Notes under the pieces: generated by a model
Told to the model about the DNA's origin: nothing
Seen by the model: only the letters and a program-made list of their open reading frames with translations
The model's database searches: none
Assembly: GCA_965217585.1 (NCBI GenBank)
Contig: OZ244561.1
Span: forward strand, 4,224,001-4,288,000
Origin: Candidatus Latescibacterota bacterium
Lineage (GTDB): Bacteria; Latescibacterota; UBA2968; UBA8231
DNA: 64,000 nt
Direction of reading: 5' to 3'
Position numbers and translations under genes: made by a program
Part shown: piece after piece, positions 54,422 to 64,000 of the stretch
Numbering within the stretch: position 1 is the first letter of the stretch
Layout of the letters: each line of letters opens with the position of its first letter

Positions 54422-56623
54422 ATGGTCGAAACCACTCCCACGCCTCTTCCGGCCCTCCCGAATACCTACTTGGACGAACTCGTCGAGCAGGGGGGCGACG
54501 AGTTGCGGCTGTCGATGCTGCTGATCGAGGTCTCCTCCTGCAACGACCAAGCCGATTTCGCGCTGATCAACCGCGCCTATCACTTCGCCAAGGAGCATCA
54601 CAAGGGCCAGATCCGCAAGTCCGGCGAGCCGTTCCTAGCCCACTGCGTCGAAGTAGCTCGGCTCCTCGCCCAGCTAGGCTTGGATCACACCACGGTTGCA
54701 GCCGGGCTTTTGCACGACGTCATCGAGGATACACCGGCCACGTATGCAGAGGTCGCCGAGCAATTTGGCGACAAGATCGCCGAACTGATCGCCGGGGTTA
54801 CCAAAATCGATCAGATAACCTACGAAAGCCGCGAGGCGCGCCAAGCCGAGACCTACCGCAAGATGCTGCTCTCCATGGTCAAGGACATCCGCGTCATGCT
54901 CATCAAGCTGGCCGACCGCCTGCACAACATGCGCACGCTCCAATACCTAAGCCCCCAATCCCGCGAGCGGACCGCGAGTGAAACGCTCGAAGTGTACGCG
55001 CCGCTGGCCCACCGCTTTGGGCTGGCGCGGATCCGCTGGCAGCTAGAGGACCAAAGCCTCAAGTTCCTCGAACCCGACATTTACCAAGAACTGCGCAACA
55101 ACGTGGCCATGACGCGCCGAGAGCGCGAAGACTATATAAAGGAATTTAAGGTCCCGCTCGAAGAGAGCCTGCACGCCAATGGCATTAAAGCCGAGTTTAC
55201 GAGCCGCGCCAAGAACTTCTACAGCATCTACAACAAGATGAAGGCGCGGAGTAAGCCCTTTGAGGAAATCTACGACCTGCTGGCTGTGCGCATCATCACC
55301 GGCACCGTGCGCGAATGCTATCAAATTCTCGGCTGGGTCCACCACATTTACACTCCCATCCCCGGGCGCATCAAAGACTATATATCGACTCCCAAGAGCA
55401 ACATGTACCAGTCGCTGCACACTTCGGTGATCGGCCCTAAAGGCCAATACGTCGAAGTGCAAATCCGCACCGCGCAGATGCACCACACGGCCGAAATCGG
55501 CATCGCCGCCCACTGGCGCTACAAATCCAACGACACGGGTCCCAGCGATTTAAACCAACACATGAGCTGGCTGCACCAAGTCATCGACTGGCAACAAGAG
55601 GCCACCGACCCGGTCGAGTTCATGGAAAGCCTGAAGACCGAGCTGGCGTCTCAGGACGAGATTTTCGTCTTCACCCCCAAAGGCGACCTGCACCAGTTGC
55701 CCAAGGGGGCCACGCCGATTGACTTCGCCTTCGCCATCCACACCGACATCGGGCTGCACTGTTCGACCGCCAAAGTAAACGACCAAGTCGTGCCGCTGAG
55801 CGCGACGTTGAGCAGCGGCGAAACCGTGGAGATCGCCACGACGCCGCAGCAAAAGCCCAAACTCACTTGGCTGGATCAAGTTAAGACCGCCAAGGCCCGC
55901 CAAGCCATCCGCCGCTGGCTGCGGGAGGAGCAATACGACCACAACGTGCGCTTCGGCAAGGAGGCGCTCGACAGGGGGTTGAAGCACTATCGGGCCGCCA
56001 ATCCACCAGACTTCGATGCCGTGGCTGAGGAGTTCGGATTCGGCGACGCCGAGCACCTCTACGCGGCCCTCGGCAACGGGGACCTGTCCATCGGCAGGGT
56101 CATCGGCAAAATAGCCCCGCTCAAGCCCAAGCGGCGCGCGCTCCGGCCCCAAGACCGCAGAGACATCCGCATTCAAGGCATGCAAAACCTGATGATCCGC
56201 TTCGGCAAGTGCTGTGGTCCCATCCCGGGCGACGAGATTGTCGGCCTAGTCACCCGCGGCCGCGGCGTCACTGTCCATCGCACCAACTGCCCGAACATCG
56301 GCCGGATTTCTGCAGAGCCAGACCGCTTGCTCGCGGTCGAGTGGGAAATGGAGGACGAACCGGCCTTTACCGTTCAGCTACGCACCCGTAGCTGGGACCG
56401 CACGTACTTGCTCGCGGACATCGCGCGGGCGATCAGCGACGCTGGCTCCAACATCCGCGACTCTACTACCCGCACCGATGGCCACATCGTCGAACAGGAC
56501 TTCTGGATCGATGTCGCCGACAACGAGCAGTTGCGCCAGGCCATGGACCAAATCGAGCGCATCGAGGGCGTCTTGGTAGTGCTGCGGGTGGATGAGCCTG
56601 CAAACGGCGACCTGCTGCCTTAG
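54422..56623 (+). CDS. rel: Bifunctional (p)ppGpp synthetase/hydrolase (long RSH)
   Basis: RKSGEPF..H, LLHDVIEDT, IKLADRLHNMRTL, RIKDY, YQSLHT, EVQIRT, AAHWRYK, TGS (FTPKG..DFAFAIHT), CC.PIPGD, ACT. Confidence 0.95.
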   Translation: MVETTPTPLPALPNTYLDELVEQGGDELRLSMLLIEVSSCNDQADFALINRAYHFAKEHHKGQIRKSGEPFLAHCVEVARLLAQLGLDHTTVAAGLLHDVIEDTPATYAEVAEQFGDKIAELIAGVTKIDQITYESREARQAETYRKMLLSMVKDIRVMLIKLADRLHNMRTLQYLSPQSRERTASETLEVYAPLAHRFGLARIRWQLEDQSLKFLEPDIYQELRNNVAMTRREREDYIKEFKVPLEESLHANGIKAEFTSRAKNFYSIYNKMKARSKPFEEIYDLLAVRIITGTVRECYQILGWVHHIYTPIPGRIKDYISTPKSNMYQSLHTSVIGPKGQYVEVQIRTAQMHHTAEIGIAAHWRYKSNDTGPSDLNQHMSWLHQVIDWQQEATDPVEFMESLKTELASQDEIFVFTPKGDLHQLPKGATPIDFAFAIHTDIGLHCSTAKVNDQVVPLSATLSSGETVEIATTPQQKPKLTWLDQVKTAKARQAIRRWLREEQYDHNVRFGKEALDRGLKHYRAANPPDFDAVAEEFGFGDAEHLYAALGNGDLSIGRVIGKIAPLKPKRRALRPQDRRDIRIQGMQNLMIRFGKCCGPIPGDEIVGLVTRGRGVTVHRTNCPNIGRISAEPDRLLAVEWEMEDEPAFTVQLRTRSWDRTYLLADIARAISDAGSNIRDSTTRTDGHIVEQDFWIDVADNEQLRQAMDQIERIEGVLVVLRVDEPANGDLLP

Positions 56624-56625
56624 CC

Positions 56626-57690
56626 GTGTCGGACCTGTTTCGCCCCAATATCGCCCGTCTGCGCGGCTATGTCCCCGGGGAACAGCCCCGCGACAAGGGC
56701 TATATCAAGCTCAATACCAACGAAAACCCCTATCCGCCCTCCCCCTTAGTGCTAGCGCGGCTGCGCGATGCCTGCGCGGCTGATCTGCGCCTCTATCCCG
56801 ACCCGGACGCTTGGGCCCTGCGCCGCAAGTTGGGCGAGGTATTCGCCATTGCCCCCCAACAGATTATGGTCGGCAACGGCTCGGACGAGCTGCTCAACGT
56901 CATCATCCGCAGCTTCGCCGGCGAGGGCGACAAAATCGCCTATCCCCATCCCACGTATGGCTATTACAAGCCGCTGATCGACATCCAGGGAGCTGAGGCG
57001 GTCCCGGTCGAGTTCGGCGAGGACTTCGCCCTGCCCGAGGGTATGGCCGTGCCCGGGGCCCGCATCACCTTTCTCGCCAATCCCAATGCGCCCTCGGGTA
57101 CCCTCGTGCCCTACGACGAGGTCGCCGCGCTCTGTGCGCGGGTTGACGGCGTCTTGGTCGTGGATGAAGCGTATATCGATTTTTCGCAGGGTGGCTGCGT
57201 TCAGCTCATCGAGGAACACCCCAACGCCATCGTCGTGCGCACCATGTCCAAATCCTTTTCCCTCGCCGGCATGCGCATTGGCTTTGCCTTTGCTCCGGCC
57301 ACGCTAATCGAGGGGATGTGGAAGGTCAAGGACCACTACAACCTCAATCGGCTGAGTCTGGTGGCCGCCGAGGCTGCCGTAGAAGATATCGACGCAATGC
57401 GCGCAAACGCCGCCCGCGTCTGCGCGACGCGCGCGCACCTGTGTGCTGGGCTGCGGGCGTTGGGTTTTTACGTGTGGGATTCGCAGGCGAACTTCGTGCT
57501 CGCCAAGCTCGGTGAGCGCTGGGCCAACTGCGCCGCTGAGGCGCTCTACGCACAGCTCAAGGAGCGCCGGATCTTGGTGCGCTACTTTGCCGCGCCGCCG
57601 CGCTTGGCCGACTGTCTGCGCATTTCGGTGGGTACGGACGCAGAGATCGCCGCGTTGCTGGCGGCCCTAAAAGAGCTATCATCCGTTTAA
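56626..57690 (+). CDS. hisC: Histidinol-phosphate aminotransferase
   Basis: YVPGEQP, KLNTNENPYPPSP, GNGSDE, NPNAPSG, VDEAY, RTMSKSFSLAGMRIG, LRISVGT. Confidence 0.95.
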   Translation: MSDLFRPNIARLRGYVPGEQPRDKGYIKLNTNENPYPPSPLVLARLRDACAADLRLYPDPDAWALRRKLGEVFAIAPQQIMVGNGSDELLNVIIRSFAGEGDKIAYPHPTYGYYKPLIDIQGAEAVPVEFGEDFALPEGMAVPGARITFLANPNAPSGTLVPYDEVAALCARVDGVLVVDEAYIDFSQGGCVQLIEEHPNAIVVRTMSKSFSLAGMRIGFAFAPATLIEGMWKVKDHYNLNRLSLVAAEAAVEDIDAMRANAARVCATRAHLCAGLRALGFYVWDSQANFVLAKLGERWANCAAEALYAQLKERRILVRYFAAPPRLADCLRISVGTDAEIAALLAALKELSSV

Positions 57691-58647
57691 GCGCTCGGCA
57701 ATGCGCGGGGTGCGCCCGCCGCGCTGGTGCATACTGGCGATCATGTCTCCTAAGAAGCCGATGGAGAAGCACTGAATGCCGACGATGATCAGCAGGATGC
57801 CCAGCATGAGCAGGGGATGGCGGTTTTGGATGTTGCCGTGCTCGTAGCGCAGCAAGGCCACATAGGCGCAGATGACCGATCCGCAAAGCGTGGAGCCAAG
57901 ACCCAAAGTACCGAAGACGTGCATGGGCGTGGTCATAAAGCGCACGACGAAGGTCACGGTCAGCAGGTCCAAAAACCCGTTTAGCAACCGCTTGGCCCCG
58001 AATTTGGAATGGCCGAAGCGGCGGGGATGGTGTTGCACCGGAATCTCGCCGACTCGATAGCCCATCCAGTGGGCCACGGCGGGCAAAAACCGATACAATT
58101 CTCCGTAGAGGTAAGGCAGCGCGTCTTCGGCCACCTCGCGCCGATACGCCTTGAGGCCGCAGTTGAAATCGCGCAGGCGAACCCCGGAGACCAGCGAGGT
58201 GATCCAGTTGAACAAACGGGAAGGGAGGGTCTTGCTCAAAGGGTCGCGGCGCTTCGCCTTCCAGCCTGAGACCAAGTCGTAATCGCGGTTGAGCTCGGCC
58301 AACAGCCGGGGGATTTCGCGGGGGTCGTCTTGCAGGTCGGCGTCCATGGTGATGATGACTTGGCCGCGCGACTGCTTGAAGCCGGCGGCGAGGGCCGCGG
58401 CCTTGCGGTAGTTGCGGCGGAAGCGCAAGGCGCGCACCTGCGGATGCTGTTTGGCCAACTCTCCTAAGACCGCAAACGAGGCGTCCGTACTCCCGTCGTC
58501 CACGAAAATGGCCTCCCAAGCCCATTCCGCGGTTGCGAGGGCGCGGTCGATCTGGACCCACAGATGGGGCAGGCTTTCCTCTTCGTTAAAAACGGGAATG
58601 ACAAGGGAGAGAAAAATCTCCTCTGCCGCTTCTTTCTCTTGGCCCAT
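57679..58647 (-). CDS. Family 2 polyprenol-phosphate glycosyltransferase (ArnC/GtrB-like)
   Basis: VIPVFNEE, VDDGSTD, TMDADLQDDP, DFNCGLKAYR, YGELYRF; two C-terminal TMs; RBS GAGGAG. Confidence 0.9.
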   Translation of the reverse strand: MGQEKEAAEEIFLSLVIPVFNEEESLPHLWVQIDRALATAEWAWEAIFVDDGSTDASFAVLGELAKQHPQVRALRFRRNYRKAAALAAGFKQSRGQVIITMDADLQDDPREIPRLLAELNRDYDLVSGWKAKRRDPLSKTLPSRLFNWITSLVSGVRLRDFNCGLKAYRREVAEDALPYLYGELYRFLPAVAHWMGYRVGEIPVQHHPRRFGHSKFGAKRLLNGFLDLLTVTFVVRFMTTPMHVFGTLGLGSTLCGSVICAYVALLRYEHGNIQNRHPLLMLGILLIIVGIQCFSIGFLGDMIASMHQRGGRTPRIAERLNG

Positions 58648-58722
58648 GATCTCCTCTCTTGCAAGCAAGTGCTTCCACAATAAAACAATCGCCGCTTGCC
58701 GAGCACAAACGGCCCGATTCTC

Positions 58723-58752
58723 TTGACACCTGCATCTCCCCAACGGTATATA
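58723..58752 (+). promoter_or_regulatory. Putative sigma70 promoter directly upstream of the mpl start (possibly leaderless)
   Basis: TTGACA-N18-TATATA, then 5 nt to ATG 58758. Confidence 0.45.
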
Positions 58753-58757
58753 CGGAC

Positions 58758-60185
58758 ATGCAGCTTCCCTTGGGTTCCCACATTCATTTGATTGGCGCTT
58801 GCGGCACGGCCATGGGGTCTTTGGCCGGCATGCTGCGCGAGCGGGGATATCGCGTCACCGGGTCGGACAGCCACGTCTATCCTCCGATGAGCACCCTGCT
58901 CGAAGATTTGGGGATCGACGTGCGGGCCGGCTTCTCGGCGGATCACTTAGTGCCAGCACCGGATTTGGTCGTAATTGGCAACGCAGTCTCGCGTGGCAAC
59001 CCAGAGGCCGAGGCCGTACTCTCGCGCCGGATCCCGTACCTGTCGCTACCGGAAGTGCTGCGCGAGTTCTTCATCCGCGGCAAGCGCTCGGTAGTAGTAA
59101 CCGGAACCCACGGCAAGACCACCACTACCGCGCTCATCGCCCACCTCTTCACCGCCTGCAACCTGGACCCTTCCTTTCTAGTTGCCGGGGTGCCGCAAAA
59201 CTTCGACCGCTCCTACCGGCTCGGCCAAGGCACGCACTTCATAGTCGAAGGCGACGAATACGACAGCGCTTTTTTTGCCAAGTGGGCGAAGTTTTTCTAT
59301 TACCTACCCGATGTGCTAATCGTCAACAACATCGAATTCGACCACGCCGACATTTACCAAGACCTTGGCGAAATCGTCAAAGCCTTCCGCCAACTCGTCA
59401 ACATGGTGCCACAAAACGGCCTGATTCTAGCCAACGGCACCGACCCCAATATCGCCGAACTCCTCCCCGACGCGCCGGCACCGGTGGAGACCTTTGGCCT
59501 TGAAGAAGGCGCATTTTGGCGCGCTACCAACCTCCGGGCCCGTGCCGAGGGCACGCGCTTCACCTTGTGCCGGGAGGGTCGAGAAATGGGGGTTTTCGAC
59601 TTGCCGCTGAGCGGCGATTACAACGTCTGCAATGCTCTCGCCAGCTTGGCCGCTGGTTTCCACGCTGGCCTGACTGCCGGTGACCTGCACACGGCCCTGG
59701 CCAGCTTTGCCGGCGTCAAGCGCCGACAAGAGCAGATAGGCCTCATCGACGACATTCTCCTCATCGACGACTTCGCCCACCATCCCACTGCGGTCGCCTC
59801 CACTCTAGAAGGGCTGCGTCGGTCCCATCCCGGACGCAGGCTCCTCGCGGTTTTTGAGCCGGCCAGCGCGACCAACGCCCGCGCTATCTTTGAGGACCGC
59901 TATATCGAGGCGTTTGCCTTGGCCGACGCTTTCGTCGCAACCGCGGTCCCCCGCCCCGAACGCGCCCGAGACGACGAGCCTTTCGCGCCTGAGCGCTTAG
60001 TGGAACGTCTCCGCATCACCGGCAAGACGGCGCACTACCTGCCCGACGCCGAATCGATGGCCGCTTTTTTAGCTGCGGAAGCCCGCCCGGGCGATTTGGT
60101 GGTTTTTATGAGCAATGGCGGTTTCGGCGGCCTGCAACAGAAGCTGTGCACGGCACTCGCCGCCCGCGCACACTGTATCGACTAG
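58758..60185 (+). CDS. mpl: UDP-MurNAc:L-Ala-gamma-D-Glu-meso-DAP ligase (murein peptide ligase)
   Basis: IHLIGACGTAMG, VYPPMS, GTHGKTTT, EGDEYDSAFF, NIEFDHADI, DDFAHHPTA, MSNGGFGG. Confidence 0.9.
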   Translation: MQLPLGSHIHLIGACGTAMGSLAGMLRERGYRVTGSDSHVYPPMSTLLEDLGIDVRAGFSADHLVPAPDLVVIGNAVSRGNPEAEAVLSRRIPYLSLPEVLREFFIRGKRSVVVTGTHGKTTTTALIAHLFTACNLDPSFLVAGVPQNFDRSYRLGQGTHFIVEGDEYDSAFFAKWAKFFYYLPDVLIVNNIEFDHADIYQDLGEIVKAFRQLVNMVPQNGLILANGTDPNIAELLPDAPAPVETFGLEEGAFWRATNLRARAEGTRFTLCREGREMGVFDLPLSGDYNVCNALASLAAGFHAGLTAGDLHTALASFAGVKRRQEQIGLIDDILLIDDFAHHPTAVASTLEGLRRSHPGRRLLAVFEPASATNARAIFEDRYIEAFALADAFVATAVPRPERARDDEPFAPERLVERLRITGKTAHYLPDAESMAAFLAAEARPGDLVVFMSNGGFGGLQQKLCTALAARAHCID

Positions 60186-60289
60186 GTGTCAGAACTGTTG
60201 CCGGACAGACGCGCTAGGCGCGGATGAGATGCGCAGCGCGAATTCTCTACTTACCTATTTTACAATATGTTATAAAAAGTAAAACCCTA

Positions 60290-60305
60290 GGGTACGCATA
60301 TTGCA
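60290..60305 (+). promoter_or_regulatory. Putative sigma54 (-24/-12) promoter
   Basis: GGGTACGCATATTGCA = GG-N10-GC, close to TGGCACG-N4-TTGCA; AT-rich tract upstream. Confidence 0.45.
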
Positions 60306-60350
60306 TTAAACGCATGGCACTTGCCATCTCACCCCAACCTGGAGGCTGCC

Positions 60351-61025
60351 ATGCGCTCTTTTATCGCCTTTGTCTTTTTCGCTCTTGCCGCACCTATCTC
60401 GGCCCAAGCCGGCCCGGTCGTCATCTCCGAACTGATGTGGCCGGGTAGTACGGCATCTACTGCCGACGAGTGGATCGAACTCTACAACTCCAGCGACGCA
60501 ACGGTTGATCTGGCCGGCTGGACCTTGATCTACCGCAGCGGCGACGAGGACAAGGTAATGCTCGTCCTCGAGGCTGCTGCGATCCCTCCCGGACAGACCT
60601 TTCTCATCGCCAACTATGCCGCCGATCACAAAAAATCCCTCCTCGCCGTCCAGCCCCAGCACGTTGACGCAGCCGTTTCGCTACCCAACACCAAGCTGCT
60701 CTTACATCTATACGACGGCGACCCGCAAGCTGGGGGCCAGCTCATCGACGTGGCCGACGATGGCCGCGGGGCCCCTTTCGCCGGCGACTCAGCCAACAAA
60801 AGCGCCATGGTGCGCATTGCCTTGGACCAGCCCGGTGACCAGCCCGCAAGCTGGGCGACGGCAACCGAACAAAGCGGCTGGGATGCGGGTGCCAGCGAAT
60901 TGGGCACGCCGGGATCCATTCCCGCGTACCTGCTCTTGGACGGGGGTGAAGCGCCCGAGCGCGTCATGGGAACGAACATTTTACCGACGCCTTGGGCCTT
61001 GGTAAAAGAGAGTCTATATCCATAG
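60351..61025 (+). CDS. Secreted lamin-tail-domain protein with C-terminal TxxxxxxWxxVK tail
   Basis: RBS GGAGG; signal peptide; VVISELM..DEWIELYN..VDLAGWTL..IPPGQTFLI; GTPG; ends TNILPTPWALVKESLYP. Confidence 0.85.
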   Translation: MRSFIAFVFFALAAPISAQAGPVVISELMWPGSTASTADEWIELYNSSDATVDLAGWTLIYRSGDEDKVMLVLEAAAIPPGQTFLIANYAADHKKSLLAVQPQHVDAAVSLPNTKLLLHLYDGDPQAGGQLIDVADDGRGAPFAGDSANKSAMVRIALDQPGDQPASWATATEQSGWDAGASELGTPGSIPAYLLLDGGEAPERVMGTNILPTPWALVKESLYP

Positions 61026-61039
61026 CGCGGATTGCAACA

Positions 61040-61075
61040 AAAAAAGGCACCTACTTGCGGGTAGGTGCCTTTTTT
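61040..61075. terminator. Bidirectional intrinsic terminator
   Basis: AAAAAAGGCACCTAC-ttgcgg-GTAGGTGCCTTTTTT. Confidence 0.9.
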
Positions 61076-61089
61076 AGCACAAAAAAGGA

Positions 61090-61128
61090 AAAGGCCGTGG
61101 AAGCTAAAATGCGCTTCGCACGGCCTTT
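61090..61128 (-). terminator. Hairpin just 3' of tRNA-Val (likely terminator)
   Basis: AAAGGCCGTG-GAAGC..GCTTC-g-CACGGCCTTT, followed on the minus strand by a T-rich tract. Confidence 0.6.
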
Positions 61129-61132
61129 GCGA

Positions 61133-61209
61133 TGGTGGGCAATCGCAGATTTGAACTGCGGACCTCCGGTATGTGAGACCGGCGCTCTAACCAACTGAGC
61201 TAATCGCCC
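61133..61209 (-). tRNA. tRNA-Val (anticodon CAC)
   Basis: GGGCGATTAGCTCAGTTGGTTAGAGCG-CCGGT-CTCACAT-ACCGG-AGGTC-CGCAGTTCAAATCTGCG-ATTGCCC-ACCA; full cloverleaf with encoded CCA. Confidence 0.97.
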
Positions 61210-61247
61210 AAGAGCATTTTTTAAATTAGCCCCCCACGGCTACTGAG

Positions 61248-63449
61248 TCAATGTCCGTTGTGCCTGGCGGCAAAGTGGAATTTCGGCAGGGTTACTTCAA
61301 TCGCCGCCTCGTGGCCCTCGCGCAGGCGATACGCTCGGTCGAGCTTCAGCTCCTGCCAGCGCTGCGTCTGCTGAGTCGCCGGCCAGGTGATTTCCACAAA
61401 CTCCAATGCCACAGCGTCGCCCAGCCCGAGCTGCGGCGCGAGCGGGTTGGCCCCAAAGCTGCCTCCCGAGCCGATGAGGTGGTGGATGTCGCGGGTGCCG
61501 CCGTCCGGTCGCCGCACGCGCACGCGCACGCGCACGCGGCCGCCAATAGCACCTCGATTCGACTGCACGCCTTGGGGAAACAGCCGCAGCCAGCGATTGC
61601 CGTGCCCGGGATTTTCGTAGAGCACGTTCTGGTAGAGGTCGCCTTCAAAGGCACCGCCCATGACCTCAAAGACGTCTTGGTCTCCATCGTTGTCGAAGTC
61701 TGCAAAGGACACGCCGTGTCCTTTCTGCACGTTGCCGAAGCCGCCTGTCGTGGTGACGTCCAAAAACCGCACACCACCGTCGTTGCGCAGCATGCGGTTG
61801 GGCGTGAGCGAGCGCAGGTCGGGAATCCCGGTGCCCACGTAGCAGTCGGGGAACCCATCGTTGTCCAAGTCGCCGTAGTTGGCACCCATGGCTAGGATGA
61901 CTTGGCCAAAGCTCCCCAGCGATTCGGTGACCTCGGTGAAGGTGCCGTCGCCGTCGTTGCGGTACACGCGTGCGCGATCGGCGGCAAATTCCTCGCCGAG
62001 GTACGCGCGCGCCATGTCGCCGAGGTCGTCCATGTTGTAGCCGCCGGCAAACAAATCGAGCCAGCCGTCGTTGTCGTAGTCCCAAAACCAAGTGGGAAAG
62101 CTCTCGGTCGGCCCTGGCGCGACGACCGTTGCTGCAAAGCGCCAGCCCTCCGGCGCGTCGCCGAGGTTGCGGTAGAGGACGTTTTCGCGGTAGAACTGGG
62201 ATACGTACAGGTCGATCAAACCGTCGTTGTCTATATCGCCCCAGGCAACCCCCTTTACAAAGCCCACGTGATCGACGCCGACCGCGGGGGCTACATCGAC
62301 AAAACCGCCGTCTCCTTGGTTGCGAAACAACTGGCATGGGTGGGGCTGCTTGCCGGATTCGTTGCCGACGAACAGATCCAACCAGCCGTCGTTGTCGTAA
62401 TCGGCAAAGGCCGCTGCGTGGGTCGGGTGCAAGGTGAACAAGCCGGCGCGCCGCGTCACGTCCGCAAAGGTGCCGTCGCCGTTGTTCCGCAACAGGGAGT
62501 TCGGCATACGGCCCTCTTCCCCCATCCAAGCACCGCGCAAAACGAACAGATCGACATCGCCGTCGTTGTCGTAGTCGGCTTGCTCTAGATTGATCCCCCC
62601 GATTTGCCCAGCTAGCCCGGCCGCTGTCGTGGCCTCAGTGAAAGTGCCATCGCCCTCGTTGTGGAAGTAGCGCAGCGGATCGCGCAGCCCCCACGAGGAG
62701 ACCGCGATATCCAGCAGACCGTCGCCGTCGAAGTCCTCGACCGCGCTGCCGCCCGCTAGGCCTACAGCCGCGATTCCAGCCGCCGGTGCTACGTCGCGGA
62801 AGCGCTGGATCCCGCCGCGGTCGCCGTCGAATACGCGCGGGGGAATGCGCCAAGGTTGTGGTACCCCTTCCGGGTATTCGCCCAAGGTCATGTACGCCAA
62901 GTTCAGCAGCCAGCGCGTCCCCAGATCGCTTGGGCGCTTGTTCAGGTTTATGGTGTAGTGCTCGATGGCGCGGCGGGAACCTTCCTGCAAGCGATGGACG
63001 CCGTCGTCGCGGATCGGCAGCAAGCAGGAATTCGTGGTGTGGTTGCGCAGGCAGTTCTCCTGCTCCCCGAGGCGCAGATAGGCGATGGCGAGCTGGTCGT
63101 GCAGCCCATAGACGAAGCCCTCGGTTGCCGGTACCTGCCCAGCCTCTACGGCCGCTAGAACGCGTTGCATCTCTTCGATGCCTGAGCGCAAATCTCCGGC
63201 CCGCACCCGCTCTTGGGCAATCCGCAGGCGCATATTCAGCCGCTTGCCCGCGCTCATCGGTTGCCCCAGCAGGGCACTAAGGCCCTCGGCGCGGGCTTGG
63301 TTTAGATAGATGTTGGCAATGGGATCGGCCCGCTGGGCGAGGCGCGCCAGCACAGTCGCCATAAAACGCGAATCCCCGCGATCGACGCCGGCGTCGACCT
63401 GCCCCAAGACGGCTGTGGCCCATAGAAGGATGGCTATAGTGCTCTGCAT
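61248..63449 (-). CDS. CRTAC1-family protein (FG-GAP/VCBS repeats + ASPIC/UnbV domain)
   Basis: Repeated DYDNDGxxDLFV and NNGDGTF motifs; SNRGAIGGRV..GLG..VEITWP. Confidence 0.92.
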   Translation of the reverse strand: MQSTIAILLWATAVLGQVDAGVDRGDSRFMATVLARLAQRADPIANIYLNQARAEGLSALLGQPMSAGKRLNMRLRIAQERVRAGDLRSGIEEMQRVLAAVEAGQVPATEGFVYGLHDQLAIAYLRLGEQENCLRNHTTNSCLLPIRDDGVHRLQEGSRRAIEHYTINLNKRPSDLGTRWLLNLAYMTLGEYPEGVPQPWRIPPRVFDGDRGGIQRFRDVAPAAGIAAVGLAGGSAVEDFDGDGLLDIAVSSWGLRDPLRYFHNEGDGTFTEATTAAGLAGQIGGINLEQADYDNDGDVDLFVLRGAWMGEEGRMPNSLLRNNGDGTFADVTRRAGLFTLHPTHAAAFADYDNDGWLDLFVGNESGKQPHPCQLFRNQGDGGFVDVAPAVGVDHVGFVKGVAWGDIDNDGLIDLYVSQFYRENVLYRNLGDAPEGWRFAATVVAPGPTESFPTWFWDYDNDGWLDLFAGGYNMDDLGDMARAYLGEEFAADRARVYRNDGDGTFTEVTESLGSFGQVILAMGANYGDLDNDGFPDCYVGTGIPDLRSLTPNRMLRNDGGVRFLDVTTTGGFGNVQKGHGVSFADFDNDGDQDVFEVMGGAFEGDLYQNVLYENPGHGNRWLRLFPQGVQSNRGAIGGRVRVRVRVRRPDGGTRDIHHLIGSGGSFGANPLAPQLGLGDAVALEFVEITWPATQQTQRWQELKLDRAYRLREGHEAAIEVTLPKFHFAARHNGH

Positions 63450-63513
63450 AATAAAAAACGGCTACAAAAATTGGCTGCCCCAATCCTCGTAACCGCGCAT
63501 GTCGCAAAATTAA

Positions 63514-63590
<77 letters not shown>

Positions 63591-63606
63591 ATTAAGGTTA
63601 GCTAAA

Positions 63607-63634
63607 AACCTAGGATTTTTCCCAAGTAGGTCAA
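63607..63634 (-). promoter_or_regulatory. Putative sigma70 promoter for the tRNA
   Basis: TTGACC-N16-TAGGTT on the minus strand, overlapping the upstream stop codon. Confidence 0.45.
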
Positions 63635-64000
63635 GAGCTTTGTTGGGCAGCGACCGCTTGGCGTTCTTGATTGAGCGCGACGAGCTCGGCGCTGATGCGC
63701 GCAATTTCGCCGTCGTCGGATGCCGCGGCGAGGGCTTGACGCGCGTTGGCGATGCGCTGTTGCAGCGCATTTTTCTGAAAATAAAGCAAATAGTCGCGCC
63801 ATTGCCTGTCGATTTGTTCCTCGTCGAAACCCAGGGCCGCGCATTGGGCAACGAGCTGCGCGAGTGCGTCGTCCTCTAGCTCGGTGATGATCATTGCAAG
63901 GTCGATGGCTTTGCTGTGGGCATGGCGGTCGAGGAGCATGCGGCACAGGGCCTGAGTGCGGGCGTCGGTGAGTGCATCTGGAGCGAATTCCTTCGCGGTA
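63631..64000 (-). CDS. 3' end of a gene truncated at the window edge; resembles the DnaG primase C-terminal helicase-binding domain
   Basis: Open frame TAKEFAPDALTDARTQALCRMLL..LQQRI..ELVALNQER, all-helical; no catalytic motif is visible in the window. Confidence 0.55.
   Translation of the reverse strand, partial: TAKEFAPDALTDARTQALCRMLLDRHAHSKAIDLAMIITELEDDALAQLVAQCAALGFDEEQIDRQWRDYLLYFQKNALQQRIANARQALAAASDDGEIARISAELVALNQERQAVAAQQSS

Overview
Gene-dense, GC-rich bacterial window. The FlgD-Ig/CHU_C-type C-termini, DUF6785 paralogs and C-terminal 'SWGxIK' tails point, by inference only, to an FCB-group diderm such as Ca. Latescibacterota. The housekeeping backbone comprises dnaE (5'-truncated), map, recD2, rel, hisC, mpl, tRNA-Val(CAC), tRNA-Ile2(CAT) and a probable dnaG 3' end. 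Two large uncharacterised envelope loci stand out. (1) A ~22.5 kb divergent cluster (5592-28148) holds four paralogous secreted proteins ending in a PNPFTPNxDGxND/FlgD-Ig domain, a 910-aa putative outer-membrane protein, a CBM9-like secreted protein with a SWGRIK tail, a PpiC lipoprotein, a DUF6785 membrane protein, a GT39-TPR and an SGNH-TPR. (2) A tightly packed minus-strand operon (39947-54282) runs NusG-II, Gx transporter, DUF6785, giant M28-like/FtsX fusion with a remodelled metal site, OPT-like transporter, hypothetical, PqqD/RRE, PAP2-like, recD2. The loci share paralogous DUF6785 genes and may be accessory and core parts of one undescribed peptide/protein transport system. Also present are an Hhe-type (DUF4011-helicase-nuclease-DUF3320) defence gene, an orphan higA plus an unlisted 58-aa ORF between short direct repeats, and a DUF1854/ABC pair. 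No CRISPR array, rRNA, integrase, transposase or reverse transcriptase was seen. All family calls come from motif recognition by eye; no searches were run.
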